A stretch of DNA of 64,000 nucleotides from Candidatus Latescibacterota bacterium (lineage in GTDB: Bacteria; Latescibacterota; UBA2968; UBA8231): positions 12,971 to 76,970 of the forward strand of contig CBDBIJ010000015.1 in NCBI GenBank assembly GCA_965205655.1. Reading direction: 5' to 3'. Both the position numbers and the translations under genes were made by a program. Position 1 is the stretch's first letter; each line of letters opens with the position of its first letter. The notes under the pieces were generated by a model. It was given only the letters and a program-made list of their open reading frames with translations. It was not told where the DNA came from and searched no databases. Below are positions 41,301 through 50,804 of this stretch, one piece after another.

Positions 41301-44153
41301 AAACTGGCGCTGCCAGGGAGCCCCGATTACGAGCCAGTCACGTTGCAGACGCCTGCCCAGGTGCTCGGCCAGTCGACGATCGGGCTCGCTGCGATCGTGC
41401 GCAATAACGGCCGAATTACCTCTGACAGTGTCTCCGTCGTCCTCATCGGGCGCGCTTCGGACGGAGGGACTGACACGCTCCTGTACGAGACTCGGCCCTC
41501 GTTCGCCGGCACCGACACCATCTCCTTCGACTGGTCGGTAGATGACCGGCGGGGCGCCTACGCCCTCGACCTCATGCTCGATCCGGATGATCGGATCTCG
41601 GAGCTGGACGAGGCGAACAATCTGGCCATTCTCAGCCTCGAGATTCTCGAGCCGGTAGTCGCAGAGCCAATCTTCCCACCGCCACATTCAGCCTTGTCCG
41701 CCTGCGAGCTTTCGCTGGAGGCGGTCGTGCCGTTCGATAGAGGGGAATCGCAGCCGCGGGGCGGGTGCGAGTTCGAACTGTCTTCGGCTGCCGACTTCGC
41801 ATCGCAGGTCACCGTCAACTCGACGGTCTCGGCTGTTGACGGCCGCTGCGTCTTCGTCCCTACACAGCTTCCGATCGTCGACGCGTTGGTGGAGCAGGAT
41901 GGCGAGGTGTACTTCTGGCGCTCCCGCTCTGTTGACGGCCTGACGACTGGACTGTGGAGTGAGAGCCGCAGTTTTCGCATCGAGGAGGCGGGCGCCATTC
42001 CCGAAGACATCATGAAATGGAAACAGGCTGGCTCACAGCTCGGGACTGGAGCGCTCGAACATCTCGTGCTCGACGAGGCAGGTCGGCTGCGCCTCACCTC
42101 GGCGACACTACCCATGCGTCCCTCCGGTCAAACACGCGAAGACGGCTTTACGGTGAGAGACCTGGAGGGAGCCGGTGTCCTGTGCACCGACGGGACCTAC
42201 CTCTACGCAAAGCGATGGTACAACGACGCGTCCACCATCTACCCAGGAACGGACTTTTTCGCTCGCATAGGAACCGGCTTCAACGGCACCCGCCGGGATC
42301 TGTTGTATGATACTCTGGCCGACTCGACAACGGCGGGAATCTCAGCCACCTATCACAGCGATGGATACATCTACAACGAGAGCGGCAAGGCCTACGAGCT
42401 CGAGCGCATCTCGCCCCAAACGGGCGTCCTGGACACCGTCGAGGTGCCCGATGGGCTCCTCGAGTGGAAGTACGGCCGCGTCGAGGACGGCCACTCACTC
42501 ATTACCTCGGACGGTCGCCTCATCTACAACGTCTCCATGAGCTCTTCGGCCGGCACTCGCAACGGCTGGGACGTACGGGTCTTCGATCCGGCCGACAGCT
42601 GGCGCCTGTTGCGATCATTCAGCTCACCTCCGACGGAGACGGGATTCACCTTCGAATGGACGGACGGCGTCGTCGCCGATGGAGAGCGGCTCTACTTCAT
42701 CGAGTTCAAGGGCGAACGCCGAATTCGCATGGTGGATGCTGCGAACGGCGCCTTCCTCGACGAATGGCGCAGCGACCAGGACACGACCCGCATCGTTTCC
42801 GGTCAGTACGACTGGATCAACAACAAACTCTGGTTGGGCGACTTGCTTGGCTCGGCCATCTTCCGCTATAGCGGCATAACGCACCTCGACTCCGGCCGTG
42901 TCACGTCTGAGGCAATCGGTCCGGCTCGCTCGTGGCACAGCATGGAGATCGAAATGGCGGCCGGGGTCGAGGAGATTCACGTCAACGTTCAGACCGAGGG
43001 TCACGATGGAGTCTGGACGCCCCTCGAAGGCTTCTCCGAGGTCACGCCGAACCGGAGAGTTGACTTGAGCGCCATCGACGCGGCGCGCTACCCCCGCATC
43101 AGACTGAGCGCACAGCTCAGGGTCCGGGGGGGCTCTCGGCGCGATGACGCCCGCGGTGTTGGCGAGGGCGACGTCGGTGACGAGGGCGTTACGATCGATT
43201 CGTGGGAGGTCGAATTCGAGGCCAGACCATCGGTGGAAATCGCCGTCGCCCGGGCCGACGTGGACTCCTCCTTGCGGCCGGCGACGGGCGCCCTTGTGGT
43301 GGAGGTCTCAGTGCGCAACCGATCTGCAGTCCGGGCTGAGGACACTCGCCTCCACATCGAGCGGCTCGACCGCCGGGGCGGGTTCGAATCCATCCGCGTG
43401 CATGCGCTCGGCTCCCTGGAGCGGGGGGAAACCCGCCTTGTCGTCGTCGATAGTCTGTCGCTGCCATCGATAGGTGAGCGGCTGTTCGCAAGCGCCACTG
43501 CCTCTCCCCTCGACGACCTGGCCTTGGCTGCCCGCATTGAGATTCCACTGCCGATCGCCGCTGGCAAACTCATCGAATTCTCTGTGTGGCCGGACGGACA
43601 CCGGCTTATAGACGGGGATCCGCTGCGGCCCGATCAGGCGATCCTCGTCAGCGTCCCGCCGGTAGAAGAATCACGGCTTGCCATCGCCGTCGATGGCTTG
43701 CCGCTTGCTTCGGATTCACTCCTTGCGGCCGCTGCGGATACGGGCCTTCGCGCCCTCCTGCGGCCGGCTCTGTCGACCGGTCGTCACCGGTTGCAGGTGC
43801 GACTCTTCAGTGGTCTCGACGAGGTCGGCAGCGCTTCGATCGATCTGACTGTCACGGCCGATCTCGCGATAGCCAATGCGCTCGTCTACCCCCACCCCGT
43901 CGTCGACGAAACCGCATTCACCTATGTCTTGTCTCACGATGCCGAAGTGACAGTGGGGATTTTCAGCGTCTCGGGCAGGTTGATTCGACGACTTGGACCG
44001 GCGCCGCAACTGGCGGGGTTTCGCCAGACGCGATGGGACGGACGTGATGAATCCGGCAGGCCACTCGCAAACGGCACCTACCTCTACCGCATCGCGGCGC
44101 GCACCGGCGATCGCGCGGCCGAGCGCCGCCGACCCTTGTCAGTCCTGCGCTGA
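38379..44153 (+). CDS. Giant C25-family (gingipain-like) cysteine peptidase carrying a T9SS-type C-terminal sorting domain.
   Basis: Catalytic His (NFAGHGS) and Cys (ALSCLNG) of peptidase C25. The C-terminal roughly 80 aa (VYPHPV...WDGRDESGRPLANGTYLYRI) match the Por secretion tail / FlgD-Ig fold. An alternative TTG start at 38448 gives a clean signal peptide. Confidence 0.75.
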   Translation: MAQHLPSPFRQPQRYATHPAVPKLISRRFIRAQALLLLSAAIASGASPIAHETSSDGLVLDLKLPPYEVETTLGANASFHEILPPAGFGRLADSGRPALPFVAAPIAVPEGASIDVEVLDSHVVELADVHLRALQAPDAGEGASAPDYSSGFYPGEVIQVEEMGILRGVRAVSVRLYPFHYDAPARQLKVYEWLRIAVRFRGGSTAKAAAGRLEESPEAALYASFLNASSAAALAALQPTAANKPLVTKEGWYDPSAPWLKVDVVADGLFRIDAEWLRQREVDVESIDPRTFRLLGRGDEQPLFVDGEADGRFDEIDFLLFYGRYRRAESEPGVEKDHDSIYGNRNTYWLTWGDRSGLRFAEKSAAPVNGYPESEWYWTTAHFERDVWYQQFPDAPDNDRDHWFWKRDPITGQAVDSPGSATFPDDLASPYLEEDYTAGLRVALHGLTPGHHTVLKLNDREVEEREWVGQDEIVFSNEIPSSYLIEGTNRVLVQAFANDSTGADLSYFNWFEIDYRRRYDSWNGFLAWTELASEGGRRIAVSNLIHPDAWLFDVDNHLRLTGLQIDSLMVDDDEFPIRYVATFEDESDGPSNYVIADSANVHTPTGALDVPSTLRTSSRRADYLIISHPRFVGAAHRLAEHRRTYSGLQVETVTTEDIYDEFSDGLIEREAIADFIDYAYHSWERRPVYVLLMGDATYDYRNIIGGGNPSFVPTLYYHARQRGNSPSDFLYTLVDGDDLLPDLSIGRLAVESDLEAEQVVDKIIRYDTSPAPGDWRSRVIYLANFHEKGLFAASNDDLATRFTEPFGLSSTKIYSPDESPVPNQTGKRFLDALNHGALFVNFAGHGSAGNMQFIFALQFPDWDYLGHVRNEGRLPFVLALSCLNGMFVNPIVDGLGEVFTVKADGGSIAYVSASAKSFVAQNELLSGHFYDQLFVSGNLSFGPTLNTSKVLVLAEHPSFVTSARTMQLFGDPAQKLALPGSPDYEPVTLQTPAQVLGQSTIGLAAIVRNNGRITSDSVSVVLIGRASDGGTDTLLYETRPSFAGTDTISFDWSVDDRRGAYALDLMLDPDDRISELDEANNLAILSLEILEPVVAEPIFPPPHSALSACELSLEAVVPFDRGESQPRGGCEFELSSAADFASQVTVNSTVSAVDGRCVFVPTQLPIVDALVEQDGEVYFWRSRSVDGLTTGLWSESRSFRIEEAGAIPEDIMKWKQAGSQLGTGALEHLVLDEAGRLRLTSATLPMRPSGQTREDGFTVRDLEGAGVLCTDGTYLYAKRWYNDASTIYPGTDFFARIGTGFNGTRRDLLYDTLADSTTAGISATYHSDGYIYNESGKAYELERISPQTGVLDTVEVPDGLLEWKYGRVEDGHSLITSDGRLIYNVSMSSSAGTRNGWDVRVFDPADSWRLLRSFSSPPTETGFTFEWTDGVVADGERLYFIEFKGERRIRMVDAANGAFLDEWRSDQDTTRIVSGQYDWINNKLWLGDLLGSAIFRYSGITHLDSGRVTSEAIGPARSWHSMEIEMAAGVEEIHVNVQTEGHDGVWTPLEGFSEVTPNRRVDLSAIDAARYPRIRLSAQLRVRGGSRRDDARGVGEGDVGDEGVTIDSWEVEFEARPSVEIAVARADVDSSLRPATGALVVEVSVRNRSAVRAEDTRLHIERLDRRGGFESIRVHALGSLERGETRLVVVDSLSLPSIGERLFASATASPLDDLALAARIEIPLPIAAGKLIEFSVWPDGHRLIDGDPLRPDQAILVSVPPVEESRLAIAVDGLPLASDSLLAAAADTGLRALLRPALSTGRHRLQVRLFSGLDEVGSASIDLTVTADLAIANALVYPHPVVDETAFTYVLSHDAEVTVGIFSVSGRLIRRLGPAPQLAGFRQTRWDGRDESGRPLANGTYLYRIAARTGDRAAERRRPLSVLR

Positions 44154-44154
44154 C

Positions 44155-44457
44155 CTATTCGGCCCGTTGCCGGATCTCTTCGATTTTCGCGTCCCGTTCC
44201 GCGAAAATCCCTTCTCGCACCTGGTTTATCTCGTCCTGAAACTGGCGTCTGTGCTCGGCGAATGTCTGCGGATCAGTTTCGCTCTCCACCTTTCTAATGC
44301 GCTCCTTCAGCGCGATCTCCTGCTCCGCCCACTTCGCCTCGTACTGCTTCTTGACTTCGCCGATGGAGGCGACTTGCTCCGGCGTGAGCTTCACCTGTTC
44401 GTCCTTGTCCACCATGGAGTCGGCCTTTTCCATGGCCAGTTCGAGTGCCGATTTCAT
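44155..44457 (-). CDS. Hypothetical charged coiled-coil protein (100 aa).
   Basis: Coding-like composition; no recognisable domain. Confidence 0.4.
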   Translation of the reverse strand: MKSALELAMEKADSMVDKDEQVKLTPEQVASIGEVKKQYEAKWAEQEIALKERIRKVESETDPQTFAEHRRQFQDEINQVREGIFAERDAKIEEIRQRAE

Positions 44458-44590
44458 ATCTCTTCTCGTTCACCCCTGACTGCGAAGCCCGTCGACGAAG
44501 TCCTGGCAGTGTCGTTTCGACTTGAGAACATACGAGTCCCACCCTTGATTCTCAACGTCATCGAGCCCGCCCAACAGACTCGGAAGGGAG

Positions 44591-45049
44591 TTGCCATTTA
44601 TGAAGAAATTATGGAAGGTCTATCTCTCAGGAGAGATCCACAGCGGTTGGCGGCAAGATGTCATCAATGCCGCCGAGCGCGGCCAGCTCCCAATCGAGTT
44701 CTCCGGTCCCGTCACCGACCACGGCGCCAGCGATGAGTGTGGCGTGCGCATTCTTGGCTCGGAGGAGAAGCCATTCTGGAGAGATCACAAAGGGGCCAAG
44801 CTCAACGCCATCCGCACCCGCGCCCTGATTCGCGAAGCCGACGTAATCGTGGTCCGTTTTGGCGAGCAGTACCGTCAATGGAACGCCGCTTTCGACGCTG
44901 GCTTCGCAGTCGCACTTGGCAAGCCGCTCATCACCCTTCACGATTCGGCCTTGACCCACGCGCTCAAAGAAGTGGACGGCGCGGCTCTCGCAGTGGCTGA
45001 AGAGCCGGGCCAGGTGGCCGAAATCCTCGCCTATGTGACAGAAGGCTGA
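44591..45049 (+). CDS. YtoQ-family protein (nucleoside 2-deoxyribosyltransferase-like fold).
   Basis: LWKVYLSGEIHSGWR...VRFGEQYRQWNAAFDAGFAVALGKPLITLH is typical of the YtoQ family. Confidence 0.6.
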   Translation: MPFMKKLWKVYLSGEIHSGWRQDVINAAERGQLPIEFSGPVTDHGASDECGVRILGSEEKPFWRDHKGAKLNAIRTRALIREADVIVVRFGEQYRQWNAAFDAGFAVALGKPLITLHDSALTHALKEVDGAALAVAEEPGQVAEILAYVTEG

Positions 45050-45095
45050 GCTACGAGCTGTCGACTCCCATCACTGACTGGACACCATTTTTGAG

Positions 45096-45734
45096 TCAGA
45101 GCGGGTTCGCCAGTCCCTTGAGATGCAGACCCCAGCTCATATTCAGTGAGATGAATTCGCGACCAATCGACATGCGCGCGCCGTTCGCTCGCTGGGAGCG
45201 CGATGCGAAGAAGACGCCGATGGTACCGTACGGCGTCCGGGGGTGATTGAGACGGATGCCCATTCCCGTGAACAATCTTGCAGGCCTGCCGACCACGATG
45301 ATTTTGTCCGCTGGTATGAAACTGATGTCCGCCGACAGTGACCTGATCACGTCGGTGCCGCCGCTGCAGCTGAAATCGCTGACGCGAAACCCGCTCTCAG
45401 TATCGTAGCACCCGCGGAACGATCGCTGGTAGCGCGAATCCCTGTTCGATCCTTCGAAGAGCCCGAGGTCGAGCAGGGCAACCGAGCTGATCACGTGATA
45501 CTCGCTCAGCAACACCGTCAAACCGAGTGGAATGCGCAGTCCCGTTCCCCTCTCGATGTTCACGACACCCAGACCGGCTTCGAGATAGGCCCCGCTGCCG
45601 TCAACTTCCTCGAGCAGCGATTGCGCCGCCGCGCCGTCGACGTCGCAGACGAGCAGAGCGAGTGTCAGCGGGAGCCACCTCAGCAGGGGAGCTGAATCCC
45701 CGCCCATTGCCGCCTCGATTGCCCTCATCCTCAT
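45096..45734 (-). CDS. Putative outer-membrane beta-barrel protein with a signal peptide.
   Basis: Start taken at MRMRAIEAAMGG...LLVCDVDGAAAQ (signal peptide). Alternating amphipathic beta-strands end in an aromatic residue. The track ORF extends to 45884. Confidence 0.45.
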   Translation of the reverse strand: MRMRAIEAAMGGDSAPLLRWLPLTLALLVCDVDGAAAQSLLEEVDGSGAYLEAGLGVVNIERGTGLRIPLGLTVLLSEYHVISSVALLDLGLFEGSNRDSRYQRSFRGCYDTESGFRVSDFSCSGGTDVIRSLSADISFIPADKIIVVGRPARLFTGMGIRLNHPRTPYGTIGVFFASRSQRANGARMSIGREFISLNMSWGLHLKGLANPL

Positions 45735-45890
45735 ACTCCGACTCGTCAGCTGGATGGTTCGTTCTTTCTTGACATGCCGCATCCAGGCGAAAAACGAAAG
45801 GCCTACGCCGACTAGTTTCGACGTAAGCCCTCGACAAATCACTCTATCCGCCAATCGAGCTACGGCCCGCTCCGCAGACCGCACAGCGCA

Positions 45891-47141
45891 TCAGCCTTCG
45901 TCTTCTTCGTCTTGGTTCGCACCAAGTATGCTGTCGCACTGGCTCTTGATGTCGTCCTTGTTCTTGACGATCTCCTCCACGCTCTTCGACAGGCGCTTGG
46001 CGTACGGATCCATCTTCGGTATGAGCGGGTCCCCTCCGTACCCGATCCCCATGGTGCGAACGGCGATGTCGGCGATGTGAACCATCGCCGCCAGGCGCTT
46101 GTGTTGCGACGACTGTCCCGGGTGGTGATGGGAGGTGATGGCCGTCCTGACCTCTCCGGGCATATTCCAGTGAATGGCCAGCTCGCCGCCGCAGTCCGCG
46201 TGCGAGATGCCGAGGATCTCCTGCTCGGCTTGAAAAAGGGAGATGTTCTCGCTTTCCACGAGTTCCAACACTTTTTCGTAGTGGTCGGCGAAGCGAAACA
46301 TGAAGACGGCCTTGCCGATGTCGTGTAGGGTGCCCAGCAGAAAGTGCGTCTTCTTTTTGTCCGACTTGCCGATGACCTCCATCGATATGCCCGTGGCCAT
46401 TGAGTGCCTCCACAGGCCATCCATCGTCAGCGCCCCGGTGTTGCCCGATGCCTCCTCGTCGCCGAAGACGTTGTAGATGACGGCGGACTGGACAATCTTG
46501 CGAATGGTGGCCACGCCAAGAAAAGCCACGGCCTGGCTCATCATGTTCCCCTGAAAACCGAAGTATGCCGAGCGACAGGTCTTCATCACCTTCGCGGAGA
46601 TGGCGGGATCCTGTTCGAGCGTCGAGGAGATCTGCCGCATGTCGATCTCCTCGTCGGATTTGCTCAACAGCGTCAGGAGCTTGCTGTGGGCTGCCGGCAT
46701 CGACGGCAGGTTGCTCAGATTGCGGATCTCGTCCCTGATATCCTGGTGGGTTGGCTTTTCGGGAACGGCTCCGTTTTCGAGGACAAAGCTTAGCTTCTTC
46801 TCGAGTGCGACCAGGGTGAACGGTTTGAGGAGAAAGTTCTCAAGGCCGATCTCGTGTCCCTCTTTGATGACCGTTCGCGCCTCGTCTTTGTCCGGCGGCA
46901 GGCCCAGAACGATGGGAATGGTGTTGTACTTGTCGTGCAGCCGGAGAATCCGCGCCGTCTTTACGCCCCCCAGAGGAATCTGGTTGTCCATGAGGATGAT
47001 GTCGGCAACTTGGTTGCGGAGCTCCACAGCCGCTTCGGCGCCGTGGCGCACGTCGACGGCTTCGAATCCCTTCTCCCTCAACTGGCCGGAGATGAGACCG
47101 CCAATTTTCTCGTTGCGCTCGATGACGAGGAGGCGAGCCAT
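45891..47141 (-). CDS. Response regulator with an HDOD output domain.
   Basis: N-terminal receiver (LMDNQIPLGG) and a C-terminal HDOD domain. Confidence 0.75.
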   Translation of the reverse strand: MARLLVIERNEKIGGLISGQLREKGFEAVDVRHGAEAAVELRNQVADIILMDNQIPLGGVKTARILRLHDKYNTIPIVLGLPPDKDEARTVIKEGHEIGLENFLLKPFTLVALEKKLSFVLENGAVPEKPTHQDIRDEIRNLSNLPSMPAAHSKLLTLLSKSDEEIDMRQISSTLEQDPAISAKVMKTCRSAYFGFQGNMMSQAVAFLGVATIRKIVQSAVIYNVFGDEEASGNTGALTMDGLWRHSMATGISMEVIGKSDKKKTHFLLGTLHDIGKAVFMFRFADHYEKVLELVESENISLFQAEQEILGISHADCGGELAIHWNMPGEVRTAITSHHHPGQSSQHKRLAAMVHIADIAVRTMGIGYGGDPLIPKMDPYAKRLSKSVEEIVKNKDDIKSQCDSILGANQDEEDEG

Positions 47142-47305
47142 AGCCTCTAGAAGGTACGGCGCGCGGGTACAGGATCAAGGTCGACGCCAGGGAACGACGC
47201 GCCTTTGTCATGGCTGCCGTGCCCCATTTTTTCGTTGTATTCGAGGCTGTTTTTCCCAATATTTGGGGCATTCATTCGCGTCTCTTTTTCGGGAGTCACT
47301 CACCG

Positions 47306-47518
47306 ATGGCAGAGCGACAGAACGGAACCGTTAAGTGGTTCAACGTCTCCAAGGGCTTCGGGTTTATCACCAGAGAGGGACAGGACGATGTTTTCGTCCA
47401 CTATACCTCAATTCGCGGAGAGGGCTATCGGACCCTGGACGAAGGGCAGCAGGTGGAATTCGAAGTTGCCCAGGGAGATAAGGGTCCACAGGCATCTGAC
47501 GTCGTACCTCTGGCATGA
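47306..47518 (+). CDS. cspA: Cold-shock protein.
   Basis: [15 protein letters not shown] (RNP1) and VFVHY (RNP2). A 5' leader of about 160 nt precedes it. Confidence 0.9.
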   Translation: MAERQNGTVKWFNVSKGFGFITREGQDDVFVHYTSIRGEGYRTLDEGQQVEFEVAQGDKGPQASDVVPLA

Positions 47519-47557
47519 GAGCGATGCTCGCTTGAATGCATCGGTCTCTTCCAGACC

Positions 47558-47603
47558 AAAAAAGAGACGGCGCACCCCTGAAGGGTGCGCCGTCTCTTTT
47601 TTT
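47558..47603. terminator. Bidirectional rho-independent terminator between the convergent cspA and sigma-factor genes.
   Basis: AAAAAAGAGACGGCGCACCC, loop ctgaa, GGGTGCGCCGTCTCTTTTTTT: a 15-bp perfect stem flanked by an A-tract and a T-tract. Confidence 0.85.
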
Positions 47604-47616
47604 GTCTTGACTGTCC

Positions 47617-48468
47617 CTATACTTCCTCGGCCATCGCCTTGAGAAACTGATACCGCGACGGGTGTCGGAGCCGACTCAGGGCCCGTTCCTTGATCTGCCG
47701 GACACGCTCGCGAGTGACCCCGATCAAACTGCCGATCTGCTCGAGGGTCAACGCCTCCTTACCGTCAAGGCCGAAGTAAAGGCGGATAATCCGCTGTTCC
47801 CTGTCGTCGAGGCTCTCGAGGACGCTCTCGAGCTGTTCGCGAGCTGAACCGCGCATGACGTCCGTGTCGGGAGATTTCTGAGACGTGTCCGCCAGGACAT
47901 TGAGGAGCGAACGCTTGTCGTCATCCTCGAAGGTTCCGTCCAGGGAGCTGACCGGACGCGCGCTGAGAATGGCGTCGGTCACGACATCGGCGGGAAGGTC
48001 CAGCTCCGCGGCGATCTCCCGAACGTCCGGCTCCTCTTCCCGCCCCTGTCCCAACCGTCGCGACGCCTTCGAGATATCCTTGAGGAGGCTCAGCTTGTTG
48101 AGCGGCAACCTCACGGTGCGCACGTGCTCGGCGATTGTCTGCAGAATCGACTGGCGAATCCACCACACAGCGTAGGAAATGAACTTGTAACCTCGCGTTC
48201 CGTCGAAGCGTTCGGCGGCGGTCATCAGGCCGAGATTCCCGGCGCTGATGAGGTCTGCGAACGAAAGACCTCGGTTCTGGTAGTTCTTTGCGACATCGAT
48301 GACGAATCTCAGATTCGCCTGCACCAACTCGTCTCGGGCGTCTCTATCCCCGTCCGAGATACGGGCAGACAACTCAACCTCCTTTTCTCGGGAAAGCGGT
48401 TCGGAATGGGCTATGTCGTCGAAATAAGAGCGCAGGACACTCTCTCTGTCTCCCAGGGTTTCGAGCAT
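47617..48468 (-). CDS. Sigma-70 family RNA polymerase sigma factor (group 1/2 type lacking a long region 1.1).
   Basis: Regions 2.1-2.4 (YAVWWIRQSI) and the region 4.2 HTH (LTLEQIGSLIGVTRERVRQIKERAL). Confidence 0.85.
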   Translation of the reverse strand: MLETLGDRESVLRSYFDDIAHSEPLSREKEVELSARISDGDRDARDELVQANLRFVIDVAKNYQNRGLSFADLISAGNLGLMTAAERFDGTRGYKFISYAVWWIRQSILQTIAEHVRTVRLPLNKLSLLKDISKASRRLGQGREEEPDVREIAAELDLPADVVTDAILSARPVSSLDGTFEDDDKRSLLNVLADTSQKSPDTDVMRGSAREQLESVLESLDDREQRIIRLYFGLDGKEALTLEQIGSLIGVTRERVRQIKERALSRLRHPSRYQFLKAMAEEV

Positions 48469-48737
48469 AACTCTCCCTTTTTCTTGAAGTTAGGGCAAAC
48501 AATTATAGGGGGCTTCGGGCCATCTCGTTCACGCAGAAAGAGGGATCGAAGCGTTGCCGCTACTTTATGATACGGTGTACGGGGGGCAATATCAACTGAA
48601 AAATTGAGGGCGACTCAAGACTGCGAGATACCGTCAAAACTTGGATATCTTCAATTCAATCAAGTGGTTATCAGCGCTGGTGACAGCGGGCGAAACCCTG
48701 GTAGGAGCGCCAACTGATTGATTTTCGTGGTCGAACG

Positions 48738-48898
48738 GTTCAGTCGGCGGCGCCCGATCGCCGGGAGGTTAGCGGATCCACGATCGAACCGACGAGGACA
48801 CTCAAGCCGAGACTCACGGCGAGCACTCCGACGGCGAAAAACAGCTTGCCGAAGAATCCGAGGGCGAATAGTGGATCGTACAGCGTGTGTTCGTACAT
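48738..48898 (-). CDS. Possible small membrane protein (about 53 aa) not present in the ORF track.
   Basis: MYEHTLYDPLFALGFFGKLFFAVGVLAVSLGLSVLVGSIVDPLTSRRSGAAD, with a GGGAG Shine-Dalgarno about 11 nt upstream. Confidence 0.3.
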
Positions 48899-49054
48899 GA
48901 ATCAAGACTCCCTGTGATCGGTTTCGGACACAGCCGCGTTGTCACCGTACATCTCCAATGATATCAATCCCTTAGGCTGAGAAACGAGAGCCAGCTGACC
49001 CCTGAGAGCAAAATTGGTGACCGCGCAAGCGGCGACTTCGGCTGTTCGTTGATG

Positions 49055-49141
49055 TGGTGCCGAAGGTGGGACTCGAACCCACACGGAGTTGCCCCCACTG
49101 GATTTTGAATCCAGCGCGTCTACCAGTTCCGCCACTTCGGC
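49055..49141 (-). tRNA. tRNA-Leu (anticodon CAA).
   Basis: Cloverleaf on the minus strand. Anticodon stem-loop ctgga-ttCAAaa-tccag, long variable arm, T-loop ggttcgagtcc, and an encoded CCA end. Confidence 0.85.
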
Positions 49142-49158
49142 AAACTCTCAGGGATTTC

Positions 49159-49737
49159 TCAGGGAAATTCTTCCCTTCGTTCGGCCTTTGGGGGTCCGAG
49201 AATCTCGGCGTAGACGACGGCCTCTTTCGCCCTTTCAGGGGTGAGCGCCCATCGCCGACGGCGCCTGACTCTTTGGACGACTTTCTTTTGCTCTCCAGCG
49301 GCGAGCCGCTTCTTAACCAGCTCCTCCACCCGCTGTTTCGGCTGTATTTGCTGTGCCTGGATTGCGACTTCCCGGGCGCGTTCCTCCGTTTCGCGCGCCC
49401 GGCTGTCAGCCTGCTGCGCCGCCCGCTCGAGTCGCTCAATCCACGATGGCCCGGACTCTCGGGACGCCGGTGCGGGCTCGACCTGCACCTCTTCTTCGGT
49501 TTCCTCCGGCAGCGGCAGCTGTCGCTTCGGTCGGGGCTCGAAAGGATCGCCTCCCATCGGAAAGGGCCAGCCACCTTCCTCCCTTTCCTCCTCTTCATCC
49601 AAGCGCTGCTGTCGAGGTTCGGTGGGCGCCTTGTTGCGGGCATCCTCCGCGGCTCGTTTGCGATTTCTCCTCTCCAGCAGCGCCGAGATGACGCTGAAGA
49701 GGATGAAGAGCAGGAATAGTAGTTGTTCACCCCCCAT
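49159..49737 (-). CDS. Hypothetical membrane-anchored protein with a highly charged, low-complexity region, downstream of floA.
   Basis: N-terminal TM helix (LLFLLFILFSVISALL), then an E/R/K-rich region. It ends 17 nt before the tRNA-Leu 5' end. Confidence 0.4.
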   Translation of the reverse strand: MGGEQLLFLLFILFSVISALLERRNRKRAAEDARNKAPTEPRQQRLDEEEEREEGGWPFPMGGDPFEPRPKRQLPLPEETEEEVQVEPAPASRESGPSWIERLERAAQQADSRARETEERAREVAIQAQQIQPKQRVEELVKKRLAAGEQKKVVQRVRRRRRWALTPERAKEAVVYAEILGPPKAERREEFP

Positions 49738-49754
49738 GACTTAGCTCCAACTCA

Positions 49755-50744
49755 TCAGCTCGGTTGCTCGGGACCCTCTTCACCGCTCTCAGAGATCGAG
49801 GTTCTCATCTCTGTGTCCGACTGAATATTTCGCATGCGGTAGTAGTCCATGATGCCGAGATTGCCCACCCGAAATGCCTCGGCCATGGCGCGAGGCACCT
49901 CGGCTTCCGCCTCCTTGACTCGGGCGCTCATCTCCTCGACGAGGGCTCGCATCTCCTGCTCGCGAGCCTGTGCCATGGCGCGGCGTTCTTCGGCCTTGGC
50001 CCGGGCGATTTTCAGGTCGGCTTCCGCCTGCTCGGTCTGCAGCTTGGCGCCGATGTTCTCGCCCACGTCCACGTCGGCGATGTCGATCGACAGGATCTCG
50101 AACGCCGTTCCCGCATCCAGGCCCTTGCCGAGAACGGTCTTGGAGATGCTGTCCGGATTTTCCAACACCTGCTTGTGTGTGTCCGCCGACCCCACCGTCG
50201 TCACGATGCCCTCGCCGACGCGGGCGATGATCGTCTCTTCGCCGGCGCCGCCCACGAGCCGGTCTATGTTCGCGCGCACGGTCACGCGGCAGGTCGCCTT
50301 TACCTGAATACCGTCTTGGGCGATGGCCGCGATGAGCGGCGTGTTGATCACCTTCGGATTGACGCTCACCTTGACCGCATCGAGGACATCGCGCCCCGCC
50401 AGATCGATGGCCGTCGCCCTTTCGAAAGACAGTGGAATGTTGGCCTTGTCCGCCGAAATGAGCGCCAGGATTACCGCATCCACATTGCCGCCGGCCAGAT
50501 AGTGAGCCTCCATGCGATCCAGGACAACGTCCAAGCCTGCCTTTTCCGCGCTGATCTTGGGCCTGACGATGGACCCCGGCGGGACCTTGCGCAGCCGCAT
50601 CCCCACCAGGTCTCGAAAAATAGCGACCTTGACCCCCGCGAAGTAGGCGCTGATCCACAGACCGATGGGGACGAAGTAGGTGAAGAGAATGAAGAAAACG
50701 ATGATCGCAAACAGAATTGCGACCGGAAACAAGGCACCCGTCAT
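49755..50744 (-). CDS. floA: Flotillin-like protein FloA (UPF0365/YqfA family).
   Basis: N-terminal TM helix followed by an SPFH/band-7-like domain characteristic of YqfA. Confidence 0.85.
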   Translation of the reverse strand: MTGALFPVAILFAIIVFFILFTYFVPIGLWISAYFAGVKVAIFRDLVGMRLRKVPPGSIVRPKISAEKAGLDVVLDRMEAHYLAGGNVDAVILALISADKANIPLSFERATAIDLAGRDVLDAVKVSVNPKVINTPLIAAIAQDGIQVKATCRVTVRANIDRLVGGAGEETIIARVGEGIVTTVGSADTHKQVLENPDSISKTVLGKGLDAGTAFEILSIDIADVDVGENIGAKLQTEQAEADLKIARAKAEERRAMAQAREQEMRALVEEMSARVKEAEAEVPRAMAEAFRVGNLGIMDYYRMRNIQSDTEMRTSISESGEEGPEQPS

Positions 50745-50804
50745 TTCCCACTCTCCTGAGGTTGGCCGGATCGATAGTTCGACATCTACAAGTACTGTAC
50801 GCTT

